Assembly: GCA_977017575.1 (NCBI GenBank)
Contig: CDRNVI010000144.1
Coordinates: forward strand, 310,001 to 374,000
Length of the DNA: 64,000 bases
Origin: Paramoeba atlantica
Taxonomy: Eukaryota > Protista > Discosea
Direction of reading: 5' to 3'
Within the stretch, counting starts at the first letter, position 1. The number at the start of each line of letters is the position of its first letter. The position numbers were made by a program, and so were the translations under genes. The notes beneath the pieces are model-generated. The model saw only the letters and a program-made list of their open reading frames with translations. It did not search any database and was not told the origin of the DNA. This document shows, piece after piece, positions 61,990 to 64,000 of this stretch.

Positions 61990-62665
61990 CTTGAGAAGGA
62001 AATAGAAGAGAGACACATATGAGAATGGAAAGGATGAGAAAGTGAAATTTGATTTAGGAGAAATCTTTGATCCTATCAACAGAACAGAAGAAAATGATTC
62101 TCTAACACCAACTTTAGGAAATCCAAGGATCTCAGAGGTGAGGTGGATGTCATTGAATGAGGTTCAAGGAGATTCCAAAGAAAGTGACAAAGAAATATGA
62201 ACCCAAGAGCAGACCAGAGAAATTCGTAATGCCAATCAGCTCAGCTGGCCAGAAGGCCGAAAATTTCCATGAATTGACAACGTTGCTCACTCCCGATGAG
62301 GGTCACTGAGATCCTCGGGGGGATGCTGAGGGTCTGGATTTGAGACCTTTTGTCAAGCCACCTTTTGGACAGTTCAGGAAGCAGCCAACAACCAATTTGA
62401 ATGTTGAATTGGCCCAATTAGTTCAGAGGAAGAAGAGAACAAAGGAGGTTTGGAGTTGGCTCGAGAAACTCTACTTCAAAAGGGGAAGAGACCAAAACCA
62501 AGGATAATCAAGGGGATAATGATGCGAGAAGGAGGCCGGAGAAAGTACTCAAGAAGAAGGAACAGGAGGAGTTAGGATTCACAGTGGAAGAGGAGACTTC
62601 ACCAACAGTGGTATCTCCAGCCTTTGTTGTACCAAAGAAAGAAAGAGGGAAATGGAGATTAAACA
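61990..62665 (+). pseudogene. Truncated gypsy pol fragment, copy 2
   Basis: EEETSPTVVSPAFVVPKKERGKWRL; paralog of 48960-49535. Confidence 0.75.
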
Positions 62666-62849
62666 AGAGAAAAGGAACAAAGAAAAAAAAGAGAAAAGGA
62701 AAAAGAAAGAAAAGAGGAAAAAGAAAAAACAAAGGAAAAGGAGAAAAACAAAGGAAAAAAAAAAGAAAAAAACAAAGAAAAAAGAAGAAAAAAAAGAATA
62801 AAAAAAAGAACTTTGTTTGGTGGGATCTCAAGTCTCCCTGACTCCCTAA

Positions 62850-64000
62850 CTCCCCGACTCCTCTCTCTCTCTCTCTCTCTCTCTCAGCGAGAATTGGATC
62901 ATCTTCTGGGACATTCAGTCTTGAGGGGTCAAATAGCTTAAAAATATCAAAGAAGAAAAAAGAGTTGTTTGAACAAATCAAAAGAACTATTTAATTTGTT
63001 CATAAAACTCCAAAACATCACCACAAAAATCCCTTCAATTGTTCTGTTTTTCTTGTTTTTTGATTATATTATCATCTAACAGAAAAAGAAAAAAGAAAAG
63101 AAAGAAAAATTAGTTTTCCAATTCAAAAAAAAACAAAGAAAAACAAAGAAAAAAACAAAGAAAAACAAAGAAAAACAAAGAAAAACAAAGAAAAGAAAAA
63201 AACACATCACCACAAAACACCCAACAAAATAAAGGTTTTTGATCTTGGATTGGTGGAAAGAAAAAGAGAACGAAAAAGAAAAAGAAAAAGAAAATGGAAA
63301 AAGGAAAAAGGAAAAAAAAAAAAGAAAAAAAAAGAAAAGAAAAAAAGAAAAAAAGAAAAAAAGAAAAAAAGAAAAAAATACATTTGAACAAGATTCGTGA
63401 GTTGTTCTATTTCGGTTGGAAGTGGTCTTGTGAATGAATTCTTACTGAAATACCTACAAAGAGAAAGAAAGAAGAGGGAAAGAAAAGAAATAAGAGTTAA
63501 AAAGGAAAAAAAGAAAAAGAAAAAGAATAAAAAAAGAATAAAAAAAGAATAAAAAAAGAATAAAAATAATAAAATAATAAAAATAATAAAAATAATAAAA
63601 AATAATAAAAATAATAAAAATAATAAAAAAATAAAAAAATAAAAAAATAAATAATAAAAAAAATAATAAAATAAATAAAATAAATAAAATAAATAAAATA
63701 AATAAAATAAATAAAATAAATAAAATAAATAAAATAAATAAAAATAAATAAAAATAAAAAAACATCCAAGTCAAATGAAAGTTGTCCAAATTCAGTAGGC
63801 AAAGACCCCGTGAAGTTATTAGAAACGATGTCTAATAATATTATGAAAAGGAGAGGGAGAGAGGAGAGAGGAGAGAGAGAGAGAGAGAGAGAGAAAAGAA
63901 AGAGAAAGAGAGAGAAAAGTGAGAGAGAAAAGTGAGAGAAAGAAAGAAAAGAAAAAAATCATCAGAACAGAATAATTTATTCAAAAAATAATCCGAAGAA
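62850..64000 (-). pseudogene. LRR gene copy C (3' exons; continues beyond the window)
   Basis: Exons at ~63385-63455 (YFSKNSFTRPLPTEIEQLTNLVQ) and ~63765-63830, collinear with copy B. Confidence 0.7.

Larger units (their letters stand above)
41502..64000. repeat. Tandem segmental duplication, unit ~12.5-13 kb (PB1 gene, gypsy relics, LRR gene, 5S); a third partial copy lies at ~9.5-15.7 kb
   Basis: PB1 stops at 41502 and 53966 (offset 12,464). Collinear unique segments 43440/57480, 45780/58790, 47250/60465, 48400/61490, 49480/62600 and 50655/63765. Segment 50.2-54.9 kb also matches 11.3-15.7 kb. Confidence 0.92.

Overview
Eukaryotic, AT-rich, repeat-dominated window, probably from a protist (GT-AG introns built from long T/C low-complexity tracts); the organism cannot be assigned from sequence alone. 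Layout: (i) 1-6.5 kb is a nested TE cluster: a decayed gag-protease-double-chromodomain retroelement interrupted by a 3,031-bp two-gene PIF/Harbinger-superfamily (PHIS) DNA transposon (10-bp TIRs, ACT target duplication), next to a 3' Hsp70 fragment. (ii) 7-16 kb holds a decayed LRR receptor(-kinase)-like gene with one 72-nt exon per LRR, a 5S rRNA gene and an intronless PB1/coiled-coil gene. (iii) 17.4-20.8 kb holds Ty3/gypsy and Ty1/copia pol relics. (iv) 21.56-33.91 kb is a ~32-copy, highly homogeneous 381-bp dimeric AT-rich satellite, a centromere candidate. (v) 34.7-41 kb holds a gag-only element and a decayed DDE transposase. (vi) 41.5-64 kb is about two tandem copies of a ~12.5-kb unit (PB1 gene, gypsy relics, LRR gene, 5S). 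The two copies carry reciprocal insertions: a CACAG-terminated MITE in one and a Crypton-like tyrosine-recombinase element in the other. Internal stops across the TE relics are mostly TGA, several at positions expected to be Arg, pointing to CpG deamination. Most long Phe- or Lys/Glu-rich ORFs in the supplied track are low-complexity artefacts. All family assignments come from motif recognition by eye, not database searches, and some frameshifts in homopolymers could be sequencing errors.
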